DNA of 63,892 nucleotides, filler included, from Octopus bimaculoides (Eukaryota), in assembly GCF_001194135.2 (NCBI RefSeq). It is 5 parts of 4 records of this genome, joined end to end, with 100 filler letters (N's around TTAATTAATTAA, not from the genome) between each part and the next. Parts side by side here need not be neighbours in the genome. Positions count along the whole stretch, not along the records: positions 12,494 to 25,928 come from NC_068985.1; positions 26,029 to 43,666 come from NC_069001.1; 3 more parts are not named here. One strand, written 5' to 3'. Shown piece after piece: positions 13,307-26,379 of the stretch. Both the position numbers and the translations under genes were made by a program. Within the stretch, counting starts at the first letter, position 1. Every line of letters starts with the position of its first letter. The notes beneath the pieces were generated by a model. The model was not told the origin of the DNA and did not search any database. It was given only the letters and a program-made list of their open reading frames with translations.

Positions 13307-13353
13307 TTATTATTATTATTGTTATTATTATTGTTATTATTATTATTATTATT
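13246..13353. repeat. (TAC)n-(TAT)n trinucleotide tract between two R4-like pieces
   Basis: Direct reading; on the minus strand it reads (AAT)n then (AGT)n. Confidence 0.95.
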
Positions 13354-13590
13354 TTATGTTTGACTTTTGTTTTGCGTTTGTACAAGTTGGATCCAAGTCT
13401 CACCCAGAGACCTCAAGAGACAACAAGTTAGAAGTTCATGTAGGTGTTATGCCTAGGGTACCATATATTTGGATTTGTACAGTTTTGTTCAAGTGAATGT
13501 TTAAGAAACCATAAGAAAATTATGTGTTTGCTTTAAAATTTGAGATCACATAGACAGTATTTTACGTAGGATATGGGCAGTTCCCATGAG
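13354..13590 (-). mobile_element. 3' end of an R4/Dong-like element: ORF end, 3' UTR and (TAA)n tail
   Basis: The ORF ends LMGTAHILRKILSM*, matching the R4/Dong C-terminus LLGTAHILRxVL. About 190 bp of UTR then runs into (AAT)n. Confidence 0.8.
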
Positions 13591-15609
13591 NNNNNNNNNN
13601 NNNNNNNNNNNNNNNNNNNNNNNNNNNNNNNNNNNNNNNNNNNNNNNNNNNNNNNNNNNNNNNNNNNNNNNNNNNNNNNNNNNNNNNNNNNNNNNNNNNN
13701 NNNNNNNNNNNNNNNNNNNNNNNNNNNNNNNNNNNNNNNNNNNNNNNNNNNNNNNNNNNNNNNNNNNNNNNNNNNNNNNNNNNNNNNNNNNNNNNNNNNN
13801 NNNNNNNNNNNNNNNNNNNNNNNNNNNNNNNNNNNNNNNNNNNNNNNNNNNNNNNNNNNNNNNNNNNNNNNNNNNNNNNNNNNNNNNNNNNNNNNNNNNN
13901 NNNNNNNNNNNNNNNNNNNNNNNNNNNNNNNNNNNNNNNNNNNNNNNNNNNNNNNNNNNNNNNNNNNNNNNNNNNNNNNNNNNNNNNNNNNNNNNNNNNN
14001 NNNNNNNNNNNNNNNNNNNNNNNNNNNNNNNNNNNNNNNNNNNNNNNNNNNNNNNNNNNNNNNNNNNNNNNNNNNNNNNNNNNNNNNNNNNNNNNNNNNN
14101 NNNNNNNNNNNNNNNNNNNNNNNNNNNNNNNNNNNNNNNNNNNNNNNNNNNNNNNNNNNNNNNNNNNNNNNNNNNNNNNNNNNNNNNNNNNNNNNNNNNN
14201 NNNNNNNNNNNNNNNNNNNNNNNNNNNNNNNNNNNNNNNNNNNNNNNNNNNNNNNNNNNNNNNNNNNNNNNNNNNNNNNNNNNNNNNNNNNNNNNNNNNN
14301 NNNNNNNNNNNNNNNNNNNNNNNNNNNNNNNNNNNNNNNNNNNNNNNNNNNNNNNNNNNNNNNNNNNNNNNNNNNNNNNNNNNNNNNNNNNNNNNNNNNN
14401 NNNNNNNNNNNNNNNNNNNNNNNNNNNNNNNNNNNNNNNNNNNNNNNNNNNNNNNNNNNNNNNNNNNNNNNNNNNNNNNNNNNNNATATATATATATATA
14501 TATAGCATACACAGCATCTACACACATACAGAACAAATACATACACACACGTATGTAAATAAATAGATACATCGATCGTTTGATCGATCGATAGATAGAT
14601 AAACACCTCAATATTTGTACAGATACATTACGGGTGCATAAATGTAAGCCATCGGCAAGTATACGGACGCATACTTTTATAGATATGGGTGTCTACCTAT
14701 AAACATATGTCTGTGTAATTATAAGACTAAATATATATGTATACCCTCATACACACGTTGACGTGCAAAAACACGCCATTTGTTCGCACAACAATGTCCA
14801 TATCCATTAAGTTACACAATCTTTACAAAGCCCCAAGAACCCTTTCAATGGTTCAGCATTCCACTATGCCGTCGTCTTGTCCCTCTGTGTTATTCCCTTC
14901 TCTCCTTCTTCTTAAGGACCAGCCTCTCATCAATTACTCAACACTACAAAATTACTTCTTGATACGAATTTTAATCACATGCTCAGTCATAAGAGTGGAC
15001 AGCTATTTGAGTCACCCCCTCTCTCTCTCTCTCATTCAATTTCTTGTCACTCTTCTTTCTCTTTTCTATTGTCCGGAGATTTGGGCGAGGAGAATCACCA
15101 TGACGTTGGACTCAACCGATTCTATGGCTATCTTTTAAAAGCAGTGCAACGTAAGATGGAAGATAATTTGGTTTATGAAAGCCCACCATCTTACTGAAGA
15201 AATATTTATTTCTTTTATTCCCACCGATAACACTTTGCAAAGTTTTGAAATGACAAGATGTGAATATTTAAAGTGGAGAAAGTGAAATATGTTTTTAGCC
15301 ATCATAGATGTTCGTCAGCTTGTATTTCTATTCCCTTAACTCTTAATTCTACTTAAACCCCTTCTGCTTTTACAGTTATTAGATAAGTAGGTTTTTGATT
15401 TCGATATTAACTTATGAATAAGAACGTAAAATATTTTGATTGATTTCCAATAGGATCGCTCAATGATCATTTGCTGTTTCTATGGACAAACTTTCTATAA
15501 TCACCAAAATATGATTATGATAACTGGAATGTTAAGTTTATGATTGACAGTTAATTAACCTGTGAGAGAAGAAAAGGGGTTAGATAGAGCATATACATCG
15601 AAAAATAGA

Positions 15610-15655
15610 GATAAATACAGAAAAAGAGAGAGTGAGAGAGAGAGAGGGGGAGAGA

Positions 15656-15718
<63 letters not shown>

Positions 15719-15735
15719 AGGAGAGAGAAGAAAGT
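15610..15735. repeat. (GA)n microsatellite
   Basis: Direct reading. Confidence 0.95.
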
Positions 15736-17179
15736 AAGTGAGAGAGGTGGAGAGATATTGAGAGATTAAGATATTCAGTAAATTTACAAGACTTTATAGT
15801 CGGAAAATCTCCTTGGTGATTCTGTCACACACATGATGTCCACATGTCAACTTGTACATCTCAAAATCGGTCAGCTACTAATGCGTTGTAACATCTTTTC
15901 GTATTTGCTTGCTGCCAGCCTTTGGCAGAATCGAAATGACAATCTGGATAAGATGTCAGTCTCACGGTCTCACTGGATCCGCCTGATTTCCTTGTACAAA
16001 GCAACTGTAACATATTCTGACTCACATACGTTACCAATTATGCATAAATACCAACGGTACAGCTATTGACCAGTGACTATGCACCAGCCGGACAACATAA
16101 TTGACTAAACATTGGCTTTGCATTTATACTACTTTAACTTAAATCCATGCCAACAACTATTTAGTTTTACACACTTCCGTATCCCCAGGCACTAAACCCT
16201 TATCTGCATAAAAGATCGCAATATAAACCAACATTTATTGCTATCAAATTACACCACTAACATTATGGTAGTCCGACCTTCCAGAAAGAGCTGCCAAAAT
16301 CTCCATTAAATCACACGCTACCGTTTTAAAGAAGAAAAAAACGACACATTGGATAATGTAGTTCTGGATATAATATGCCTACAAGAGTGGATTGTCAGCG
16401 GTGGAAGGCCCAGTACAGGAACGCTCTAAGTTTGTATCAGCGTGTATATGGGTTTGGTCGTCGCGCTAGAAATAACAACCAAATCTTACTCAAATTACAC
16501 TCAATCCTTTTTAAAAAGAAAGGGCTTATGTGGTATAACATCATAGTTTTAAATTTTTAAATTCTTTGTCCTTGATTTTATTCAGAGTCCACTTGATTAA
16601 TTTATTACTGCAAACTAAGAGTTGTTCCTTCTGACATTGGAAATTGGTCAAAATAATTTGGGAGTCCGAAGAAACAGTTTCTCTCCATATGGAGGAAGGT
16701 TATCAAAAGGGGATGCTATTTGATCTCAGGGAACAAAGTATTGTAAGAAATATTACAAGGGGCTTCGTCTGACACAGATNNNNNNNNNNNNNNNNNNNNN
16801 NNNNNNNNNNNNNNNNNNNNNNNNNNNNNNNNNNNNNNNNNNNNNNNNNNNNNNNNNNNNNNNNNNNNNNNNNNNNNNNNNNNNNNNNNNNNNNNNNNNN
16901 NNNNNNNNNNNNNNNNNNNNNNNNNNNNNNNNNNNNNNNNNNNNNNNNNNNNNNNNNNNNNNNNNNNNNNNNNNNNNNNNNNNNNNNNNNNNNNNNNNNN
17001 NNNNNNNNNNNNNNNNNNNNNNNNNNNNNNNNNNNNNNNNNNNNNNNNNNNNNNNNNNNNNNNNNNNNNNNNNNNNNNNNNNNNNNNNNNNNNNNNNNNN
17101 NNNNNNNNNNNNNNNNNNNNNNNNNNNNNNNNNNNNNNNNNNNNNNNNNNNNNNNNNNNNNNNNNNNNNNNNNNNNNNN

Positions 17180-17191
17180 CTACTACTACTA

Positions 17192-17272
<81 letters not shown>

Positions 17273-17372
17273 TTAATATCACTGCTGTTACTACTGCTAC
17301 TACTGCTACTACTAAAACGAGATAAATATCACGACAGCGATGAGAATAACAACGAAGATGAAGAGAATGGTT

Positions 17373-17434
<62 letters not shown>

Positions 17435-17635
17435 AATGGTGGTGCTTGTGATGATGATGGTGGTGGTGGTCGTGGTAGTGATTGTGGTAATGATGATGAT
17501 GATGATGATGATGACGATGATGATGACAAGAATGGCAAGGACGACGACGATGTCGAAGACGATGATGTCTATGGCTCATCATCAACATCATTATCATCAT
17601 CATCATCGTCGTCGTCGTCGTCGTCGACGTCATCA
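17180..17635. repeat. Compound trinucleotide field (TAC)n (TGC)n (GAT)n (GGT)n (CAT)n (CGT)n
   Basis: Direct reading; it explains the poly-H, poly-M and poly-V ORFs. Confidence 0.95.
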
Positions 17636-18247
17636 ATATAGAGTAAAACATACGGTAAAGAATACGAAAAGTGCATGGCTTTATGACAAAAATCGAGGTT
17701 GCTTCGATTTAGGAAAGCAAAGGCAAAACAGTTATATTATATTGAAAAGAAAAAAAACAAACAAACAAACAAAAAAAAAACGAAATAATATTAGATATAT
17801 CAGTCATAAAACTATAACGATGACGCTGACGTGTGTAAGTACATGCGGTGTGCAAAAGTAATGCACCTTTTAACAGTGAAATGTAATTAAAAAACCTGAC
17901 ATATGACTGAGACGTGAGATGCTATAATTCTCATGAGATTTCTTTTCATATATGGAAAGTGATCTACAGGTAGGAGCTGATTGCATTTGTGTTTTAATAT
18001 ATATGTTAGCGATAGTTTCGTGTTGTATTTTATGATTTGAAACATAGAGATGAAGTACCTCGTTTACTCTCTTTGCCACCCAATATCAACAATCGTGGTG
18101 GAAATCTTGCACGAACACGCAAATGCATGCAGGTACGCTCGAACTCATACGTCATCTGTTTAATACCTAAAAATGCGCTTATACACTNNNNNNNNNNNNN
18201 NNNNNNNNNNNNNNNNNNNNNNNNNNNNNNNNNNNNNNNNNNNNNNN

Positions 18248-18278
<31 letters not shown>

Positions 18279-18495
18279 CATATATACATATATACATATA
18301 TATATATGTATACACATATATATATAAATAAATATATATATAAATACATACATATATATTATACATACATATATATATATGTATATATATACATATATAC
18401 ATATGTATATATACATATATGTATACATGTATATATATGCATGTATATGTATATATATATATATGCATATATATGTATATATAACTATATATGCT

Positions 18496-18539
<44 letters not shown>

Positions 18540-19384
18540 GGTAGGTATGTATATATATGTATATATATAAGCACACACATATATACATGTATGCATTTCT
18601 GGATATATTGAGTGTGCTTGTGTAAGAGTTTATGAGCGTGTGTGTCTGTAAGTGTGTGTATATGTATTCATGTATGTGTATATATATATATATCTATATA
18701 TATATATACACACATGTGAATATAAATTTACATACGTATATATGTTTATATGTATATATATGTATACACACATGTGCACAACACAAAGACGTACGCATAT
18801 GTATTATATACAGAAACATCTAATAACATTGTAGACGACTGTATGTGCCTGTGTATGTGTGCGTGTGTGTAATATCCCACATGTGTACACACAGATGTGC
18901 GCGTGTGATTTTCCCGAGCGTATATACACAGGGGTGTGTGTGTGTGTGAATTCCTGTGTGTACGTGTACGTGTGTGTGCCATTTACCGTGCGTATACAGA
19001 GATGTGTGCGCGTATGTATATGTGTGTAAATCTCAAGTCAAAAACTGAAAAAAAAAAAGGACAAGTGAGAGTGAGAGAGAGAGAAAGGGAGAGTAAGAGA
19101 GGGAGAAGCAAAGAAAAAGAGTGAGTGAATGAGAAAGGGAGAGATATGGAAAAGAGAGATATGGAAAAGTTTGTTTGGACACACATACGCGCGCGCGTAG
19201 ACACACCTACACACACACATATACATACACATTCATTCATACAAGTATACATACATATATACGTACGCATGTATATATATACATATTCATTCATGCAAGA
19301 ATACACACACACACACACATCTATATACATACATACAAATATATATATATGCTTGTATATATATATATATATACATATACACAT

Positions 19385-19435
<51 letters not shown>

Positions 19436-19560
19436 CAAATAAATACATACATACATGCATACATACATAAATATACACATACATACATATATAAATACAT
19501 AAATATACACATACATACATGCATACATGCATACATACATACATACATGTGCACATAAAA
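18248..19560. repeat. Degenerate (TA)n/(CA)n/(TACA)n microsatellite field
   Basis: Direct reading; it explains the YIYI and HTHT ORFs. Confidence 0.9.
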
Positions 19561-19801
19561 TTTTCAATTACTTTTCCAGTTTAGTCTGGAAGAAATGATT
19601 TCGAAGAAATGGAAAGCATCTGCAAATATATAAACAAAGAAAAAAACAACAACAATAAAACAACAGAAATTATATAACGATATAGATAATATACAGTTAC
19701 AGTTCTTTTAGTTATTGCTGTTGCTAGGCTGTTGCTATTGCTGTCGTTTTCAAGTAATGCTTGTATTCAAAAAACGTAAATATCTTCTTTTGTTTTTGAC
19801 G

Positions 19802-19839
<38 letters not shown>

Positions 19840-19998
19840 ATTTTTCTTCCCTCTGTCTGTATATATATATATATATACGTGTATATATATATATATACAT
19901 TTACACGAAACTTATGGTTGTATATATACACACACACACACACACATACACCTATATACATGTACATATTTATATAAGTATACGTATATATATCTATA

Positions 19999-20061
<63 letters not shown>

Positions 20062-21754
20062 NNNNNNNNNNNNNNNNNNNNNNNNNNNNNNNNNNNNNNN
20101 NNNNNNNNNNNNNNNNNNNNNNNNNNNNNNNNNNNNNNNNNNNNNNNNNNNNNNNNNNNNNNNNNNNNNNNNNNNNNNNNNNNNNNNNNNNNNNNNNNNN
20201 NNNNNNNNNNNNNNNNNNNNNNNNNNNNNNNNNNNNNNNNNNNNNNNNNNNNNNNNNNNNNNNNNNNNNNNNNNNNNNNNNNNNNNNNNNNNNNNNNNNN
20301 NNNNNNNNNNNNNNNNNNNNNNNNNNNNNNNNNNNNNNNNNNNNNNNNNNNNNNNNNNNNNNNNNNNNNNNNNNNNNNNNNNNNNNNNNNNNNNNNNNNN
20401 NNNNNNNNNNNNNNNNNNNNNNNNNNNNNNNNNNNNNNNNNNNNNNNNNNNNNNNNNNNNNNNNNNNNNNNNNNNNNNNNNNNNNNNNNNNNNNNNNNNN
20501 NNNNNNNNNNNNNNNNNNNNNNNNNNNNNNNNNATATGTATATATATATATACATATATAAATATATATCTGTATATATGTGTATGTATGTATGTATGTA
20601 TGTATGTATGTATGTATGTATGTATGTATGTATGTATGTATGTATGCAGGTACGTAGGTAGGTACGTGTATACGTATGCACGTTTGTATGTACTGTATAT
20701 TTTTGTATTATATGTGTATACATATGGACACGAAATTATAATGGATTAAAAAAAAAACGTAATATGTTAAGATAGTAAAACAAAATTTGTAAGATGATTA
20801 TTTTGGGTAAAAAATAGAAAGCATGATTGTATTTGAGTGACATCTGATTGGCAATGGAATAAATAACAAACAAAAAAATAAGCGTATGATTATATATGTA
20901 TGTATATGAATATATANNNNNNNNNNNNNNNNNNNNNNNNNNNNNNNNNNNNNNNNNNNNNNNNNNNNNNNNNNNNNNNNNNNNNNNNNNNNNNNNNNNN
21001 NNNNNNNNNNNNNNNNNNNNNNNNNNNNNNNNNNNNNNNNNNNNNNNNNNNNNNNNNNNNNNNNNNNNNNNNNNNNNNNNNNNNNNNNNNNNNNNNNNNN
21101 NNNNNNNNNNNNNNNNNNNNNNNNNNNNNNNNNNNNNNNNNNNNNNNNNNNNNNNNNNNNNNNNNNNNNNNNNNNNNNNNNNNNNNNNNNNNNNNNNNNN
21201 NNNNNNNNNNNNNNNNNNNNNNNNNNNNNNNNNNNNNNNNNNNNNNNNNNNNNNNNNNNNNNNNNNNNNNNNNNNNNNNNNNNNNNNNNNNNNNNNNNNN
21301 NNNNNNNNNNNNNNNNNNNNNNNNNNNNNNNNNNNNNNNNNNNNNNNNNNNNNNNNNNNNNNNNNNNNNNNNNNNNNNNNNNNNNNNNNNNNNNNNNNNN
21401 NNNNNNNNNNNNNNNNNNNNNNNNNNNNNNNNNNNNNNNNNNNNNNNNNNNNNNNNNNNNNNNNNNNNNNNNNNNNNNNNNNNNNNNNNNNNNNNNNNNN
21501 NNNNNNNNNNNNNNNNNNNNNNNNNNNNNNNNNNNNNNNNNNNNNNNNNNNNNNNNNNNNNNNNNNNNNNNNNNNNNNNNNNNNNNNNNNNNNNNNNNNN
21601 NNNNNNNNNNNNNNNNNNNNNNNNNNNNNNNNNNNNNNNNNNNNNNNNNNNNNNNNNNNNNNNNNNNNNNNNNNNNNNNNNNNNNNNNNNNNNNNNNNNN
21701 NNNNNNNNNNNNNNNNNNNNNNNNNNNNNNNNNNNNNATGTATGTATGTATGTA

Positions 21755-22990
21755 CAGGGTTTGGACAAAATAATGGAAACACCTTAAAATTTCAAACAAA
21801 TTTATTTTAATATGGGGTAGGACCGCCTTTGGCAGTAATTACAGCTTGAATTCTACGATGCATGGACTCGCACAAAGTTTGAATTGTTTCCAAAGGGATT
21901 TTTGTCAATTCTTCAGCTAAAACAGTTTCCAGTTCTTGTAGTAATGATGGTGGAGGATATCGACTCCTTACCTGTTTTTCTAAAATACTCCATAAATGTT
22001 CAATAATATTAAGATCTGGTGACTGTGGTGGCCAGATAAGATGTTCCTCGTGCCATTCCGTAACAACTTTAGCTGTGTAAATTGGCGCATTATCATCCTG
22101 GAGGATTGCGTTTCCCTCCAGAAACAGTTCCGCAAACATAGGATGAATTTCATCTGATAAAATGCTTAAATAGTCTTGACTATTAATTCTGCCGTGAAGG
22201 GAAACTATTGGGTCGGCGGATTTCCAATATATAGCCCCCCTCCCCACTAAATCCTCACAGATTCTCCTCCATGTTTAACAGTTGGAAGAAGGCAATCTGC
22301 ATCAAATGCTTCTTTTGGCTGTGTCCAAATGTATACTCGGCCGGTGGTCGGAAATAAGGTAAAGGATGATTCGTCCTAGAAAGTAACATTCTTCCACTGC
22401 ACTAGGCGCCAATTCTGTAGCTTTTTACTCCACCTTAAACGCTTCGCAAGGTTTCTTTTTGAAAGTAGTGGTTTTCTGATTGCAGCCCTCCCGTGAAATC
22501 CGGTTTGTGCTGCTCCTGGCGAATAGTTTTTGTGGAAACTGGGTTCTCGCGGTGATCATTAAGGTCTTTAGTAATTTTGGGAGCTGTAATTTTGTGATCC
22601 AGAGTCCCTATCTGGAAGTTTTGGTTTTCTTCCGGAGTTTTATTTCGACAAGGAGGTTTTCCCCTCTTTCTTAATGGCTGTCATTACTTTCGAGACAGTA
22701 CTTCTTGATGCACTAAACATTTCGGCTGTTTTCGTTACGCTAGCGCCTGCTATAACAGCACCAACAATTTGACCTCTTTGGAAGTTCGATAGATCTGTCA
22801 TTTTAATAAATTTTAATTACCTTTTTCTGATGATATCTGGAAAGAAACAGCAATTTTAGCAAAAAATATTAAGCAACACAAATGATAAATCAGAAAACAT
22901 AAAAATAAACAAGCTTTTGTCGGTTTTACAGATATTTCAAAATTATGTTGCTATGATGCTAGATGTTTCCATTATTTTGTCTGACCCTTG
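21755..22990 (-). mobile_element. Full-length (1236 bp) Tc1-like DNA transposon, Incomer/DD36E-like, with defective transposase (22801 to 21807)
   Basis: TIRs cagggtttggacaaaataatggaaacacc (21755-21783) and its inverse at 22962-22990 match at 24/29, with TA on both flanks. Translation runs MTDLSNFQRGQIVG...F*DESSFTLFPTTGRVY...QDDNAPIYT...SPDLNIIE...AKGGPTPY*. It has stops, a frameshift and an 18-bp deletion in the D-E spacer relative to copy 1. Confidence 0.95.
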
Positions 22991-24785
22991 TATGCATGTG
23001 TGTGTTTGTGCGTGTGCGTGTGCGTACGCAAACACATATAGATTGATAGAAGGGTAGATAGGTGCCATACACGGTCAATTAGAAGCATCATCGTAGCATA
23101 AGGCGTTACACTAAAATCTGGGGTAGACCAGTCCTTTCCATGTCTGTGAACAGTCTATTTTTTTACCAAAGGAAAGCGAAGCAAATAATAAAAGAGAGAG
23201 AAAGAAAGATATGGGCCCCAGTGCATGACTGGGACCTTATTCTGTTCGTGAACCTCGAAAGGATGAACAGCATTGCTGATGACTTGATGTCGACGCGTTT
23301 TTAACTCGGTTCTCAATGGATCGAAATGATTACCGGGAAATGATCTATCCACTGTTCTAATGAATCTGCAAAGTGGGCACCAATGGGATATAAATGAGGC
23401 GATGTAGAAAAATTCCTAGCTTTAAAGGTATCGCGGAAGGCCTGGTTGGAGGTCCAGCCTTCCGAGTTCTATTACAGGGCCTAGAAGGATCGCTGCAATC
23501 AGTGTGTGAACCTGAGTGGGGAATATCTTGAATAAATACAGAATAAATACAGAATATCTTGAATAAATAAGTACGGAGCCGACATTAGATCTTGAATAAA
23601 ATCTTAATTAATTGATCCTCCTGTATTTTCTTTCACTCAAAGCTAGGAACTTTTCGGTTCCTTTTCGCATGGATACATATAGTATTATTTGTGTATTCCC
23701 TTTTTAAAAGAATGAGGAGCCCTGGCGGTTTTTTATTGTAAGGATGATAATTACTTCTAGATAAATTCGATATCATATGGGACTGAAAAATTTTATTTTA
23801 TTAAACTTTAAGAGTAACGAAGATACACAGAAGCTACATATTTAATAAATTTTGCTACTCATTACAAAGATCTTGAATATTGTGCTTAATCACATGTATA
23901 GCGCCATTTCATCCCTATTTGAAATTACCAGCATGACATAACCCGGAGCCAATAAATTTTCAAGCAGATATAGTTTACAAGACATTCAAACGAAATGTCT
24001 TTTTCCTTCTTTTCTTTTGTAGTACGTTCACGGTTCAACAAGTTGGCGCGAAGAAAAGAGCAGACAAAGAGAAGAGTTCCACATACAGATGAATTAGTTC
24101 TAGGGAATTTCTACGTTGTGAAAGAGCTCATAAATTTAGTTATCATACTAGTCTTTACCACAAACAAACTTCACAAGCCATTTCTGGTGTCTTCATTCTG
24201 GGCATGACACTGAGTGCTAAAGAACACTGAATGTCCCAGATCTTAATGTTTACATTATTACTACTGATTTTAATTAGTAATTTAATTTTCCTTTACATGT
24301 ACTACGCCGAAGCATACAAGCAAATAGGTTTCACACTATTTGTATATATGTCCGAGACCGTCGGTTCATTCCGTTTCGAATGTTTTCGAGTACATGGTAC
24401 ATATGAACCACAATCACAGCGAAATATCGATGTCAATCATTTTCGATCACCTTGAGGCGAGTTGTCTCGCCTAGTCGGAGATATTCTGCGTTATTTAACA
24501 CTCGGCGTCATACATCAATTTCCACCGTCTCACGGGGCCATTTGAAAAAGCATTTGTTCTGAGAAATAGTCGCACATTCTCACTGAAACGACACCCTATG
24601 TCAGTGGATGAAAAAAGATACGACATTGAATTAGAATATTAGCGGAAATCAATCATCCTATCTTTGTCAGTCTGTGCAATAGAAGAACGAAGAAATAGAG
24701 AATGAGAGTCACAATGAAATGAGACATAATTGCTTCAACATATATACATATGTGTAGATTCACATATTTATATATACACGCATTC

Positions 24786-24857
<72 letters not shown>

Positions 24858-25885
24858 GTATGCATGTATATATACATATGTGTGTGTATGTGTGCACGTG
24901 TGTGTGTGTGTTGTACGTGTATTTCTATGTGACTAAACGTGTCTCTATTTAAGGCAATATTTGCATAATTTATCCATTAACTCATGGTTTGGATTTGTTA
25001 CATAATATATTCATAGACATACACAGCCACACAGATATATGTGTGTGTGCGTGTTTTTGTACGTGTGTGTGTATTTGCGTGTGTGTGTGTGGGGGGGCGT
25101 TTGTGTGTGTGCGTGTCTGTACCCGTGTATCTGTTGTGTCTGTGTGTGTTTGTGCATATTCATACATCATACGTCAGTATCTACACCAAGGCCCAGACGT
25201 CTACATTGAGCACTTAAGCATTTTATTGTTTCCACATATATAATGGTAAAATTATACGTGCACTTTCTATACAAAAAAACACGCCCATATACTCACCCAT
25301 TCACATACTTCTTTATGTGTCTCATTGTGTGTGTTTGAGTGTGTGTGTGCGTGCTTTTGCTTACATAGACTTACTACTCCTGTACTTCATCTGTTACATA
25401 TGTTTTAGTATTCGGTAAAACATGATGCAACAATATAGATGCAATCCAGAGATGCATTTCATAAGGGCAGTGCGCATAAGCAAACACTACTTCAGACAAA
25501 CGAACGAGAAATATTTGTAACAACTGAAATATAGGATCACCAAGTTCAAGTCCTTGTTCTTTTCTCACAGCATTGATGCACTCTTTGCATTATTATGTTA
25601 TAACCTACCTTTTAACAGTGCATGCTTCCATGTGAAAATGCAACGATGGTGGGTGGTTAACGCAATTAACAACAACAGCCGAACCCAGAATGGGATCAAT
25701 TGTCATACACTGAAGGCAGCCAGCCAACCAACCAACCAACCAACCAGCCATACATACATACATACATACATATATAAATATATGTGTGCGTGCGTACATA
25801 CACTCGCACACGCACACATATTAAAGATTTAATAAATAAATGGTAATGGCGCAAGAAATTGGGCAATGAACTTCCTTAGCTACGT

Positions 25886-25928
<43 letters not shown>

Positions 25929-26028
25929 NNNNNNNNNNNNNNNNNNNNNNNNNNNNNNNNNNNNNNNNNNNNTTAATTAATTAANNNNNNNNNNNNNNNN
26001 NNNNNNNNNNNNNNNNNNNNNNNNNNNN
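25929..26028. other. Artificial scaffold linker N44-TTAATTAATTAA-N44
   Basis: Same 100-bp structure as 12394-12493. Confidence 0.95.
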
Positions 26029-26312
26029 AGACGCATCTTTGCCTCCACTGATTCACTTGCAAAGTGTTGAGTAAAATTATTTCGTTGCAGACCTCCTTTG
26101 GGTCTTTTTATTATCACTACGACACACATAGTCCCCAGTTGGTAACATTGATTTCAAGGCCCTCCTAGATGAGAGACTGGCATTCCACTTAATGTCTATG
26201 TTCCATGCTGGCATGGATTGGAGAGTTATTAATGTAGAAATATGGTATCGTAGCTACTAACAGTTGAAGGTTGCGTAGTCTAGACGGCGTTTTTAGATTT
26301 CATTATTCTCTT

Positions 26313-26344
26313 TAACCCGGGCAAAGCCGGGTATTTCTGCTAGT
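26313..26344 (+). mobile_element. Helitron-like 3' terminus
   Basis: GC-rich hairpin acccgg-gcaaag-ccgggt, then CTAG (26340-26343) followed by T; this is the canonical Helitron end. Confidence 0.6.
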
Positions 26345-26379
26345 ATAATATAAAGAAAAAGGGAAAAAAAGTATATACA

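Noticed and set aside
13533-14611. Long ORFs spanning N runs (here and at about 20 other gaps)
   Set aside because: They are open only because N codons are not stops.
16600-16660. LRVVPSDIGNW, resembling a leucine-rich repeat
   Set aside because: There is an immediate stop, no second repeat and no splice signals; chance match.
16716-17861. Poly-His, poly-Met and poly-Val ORFs of 173-311 aa
   Set aside because: They derive from compound trinucleotide microsatellites and an N gap, with no domain content.
24023-24100. Strong splice-acceptor-like tract (ttttccttcttttcttttgtag) followed by short open frames
   Set aside because: No donor, no recognisable peptide and no consistent partner exon were found.
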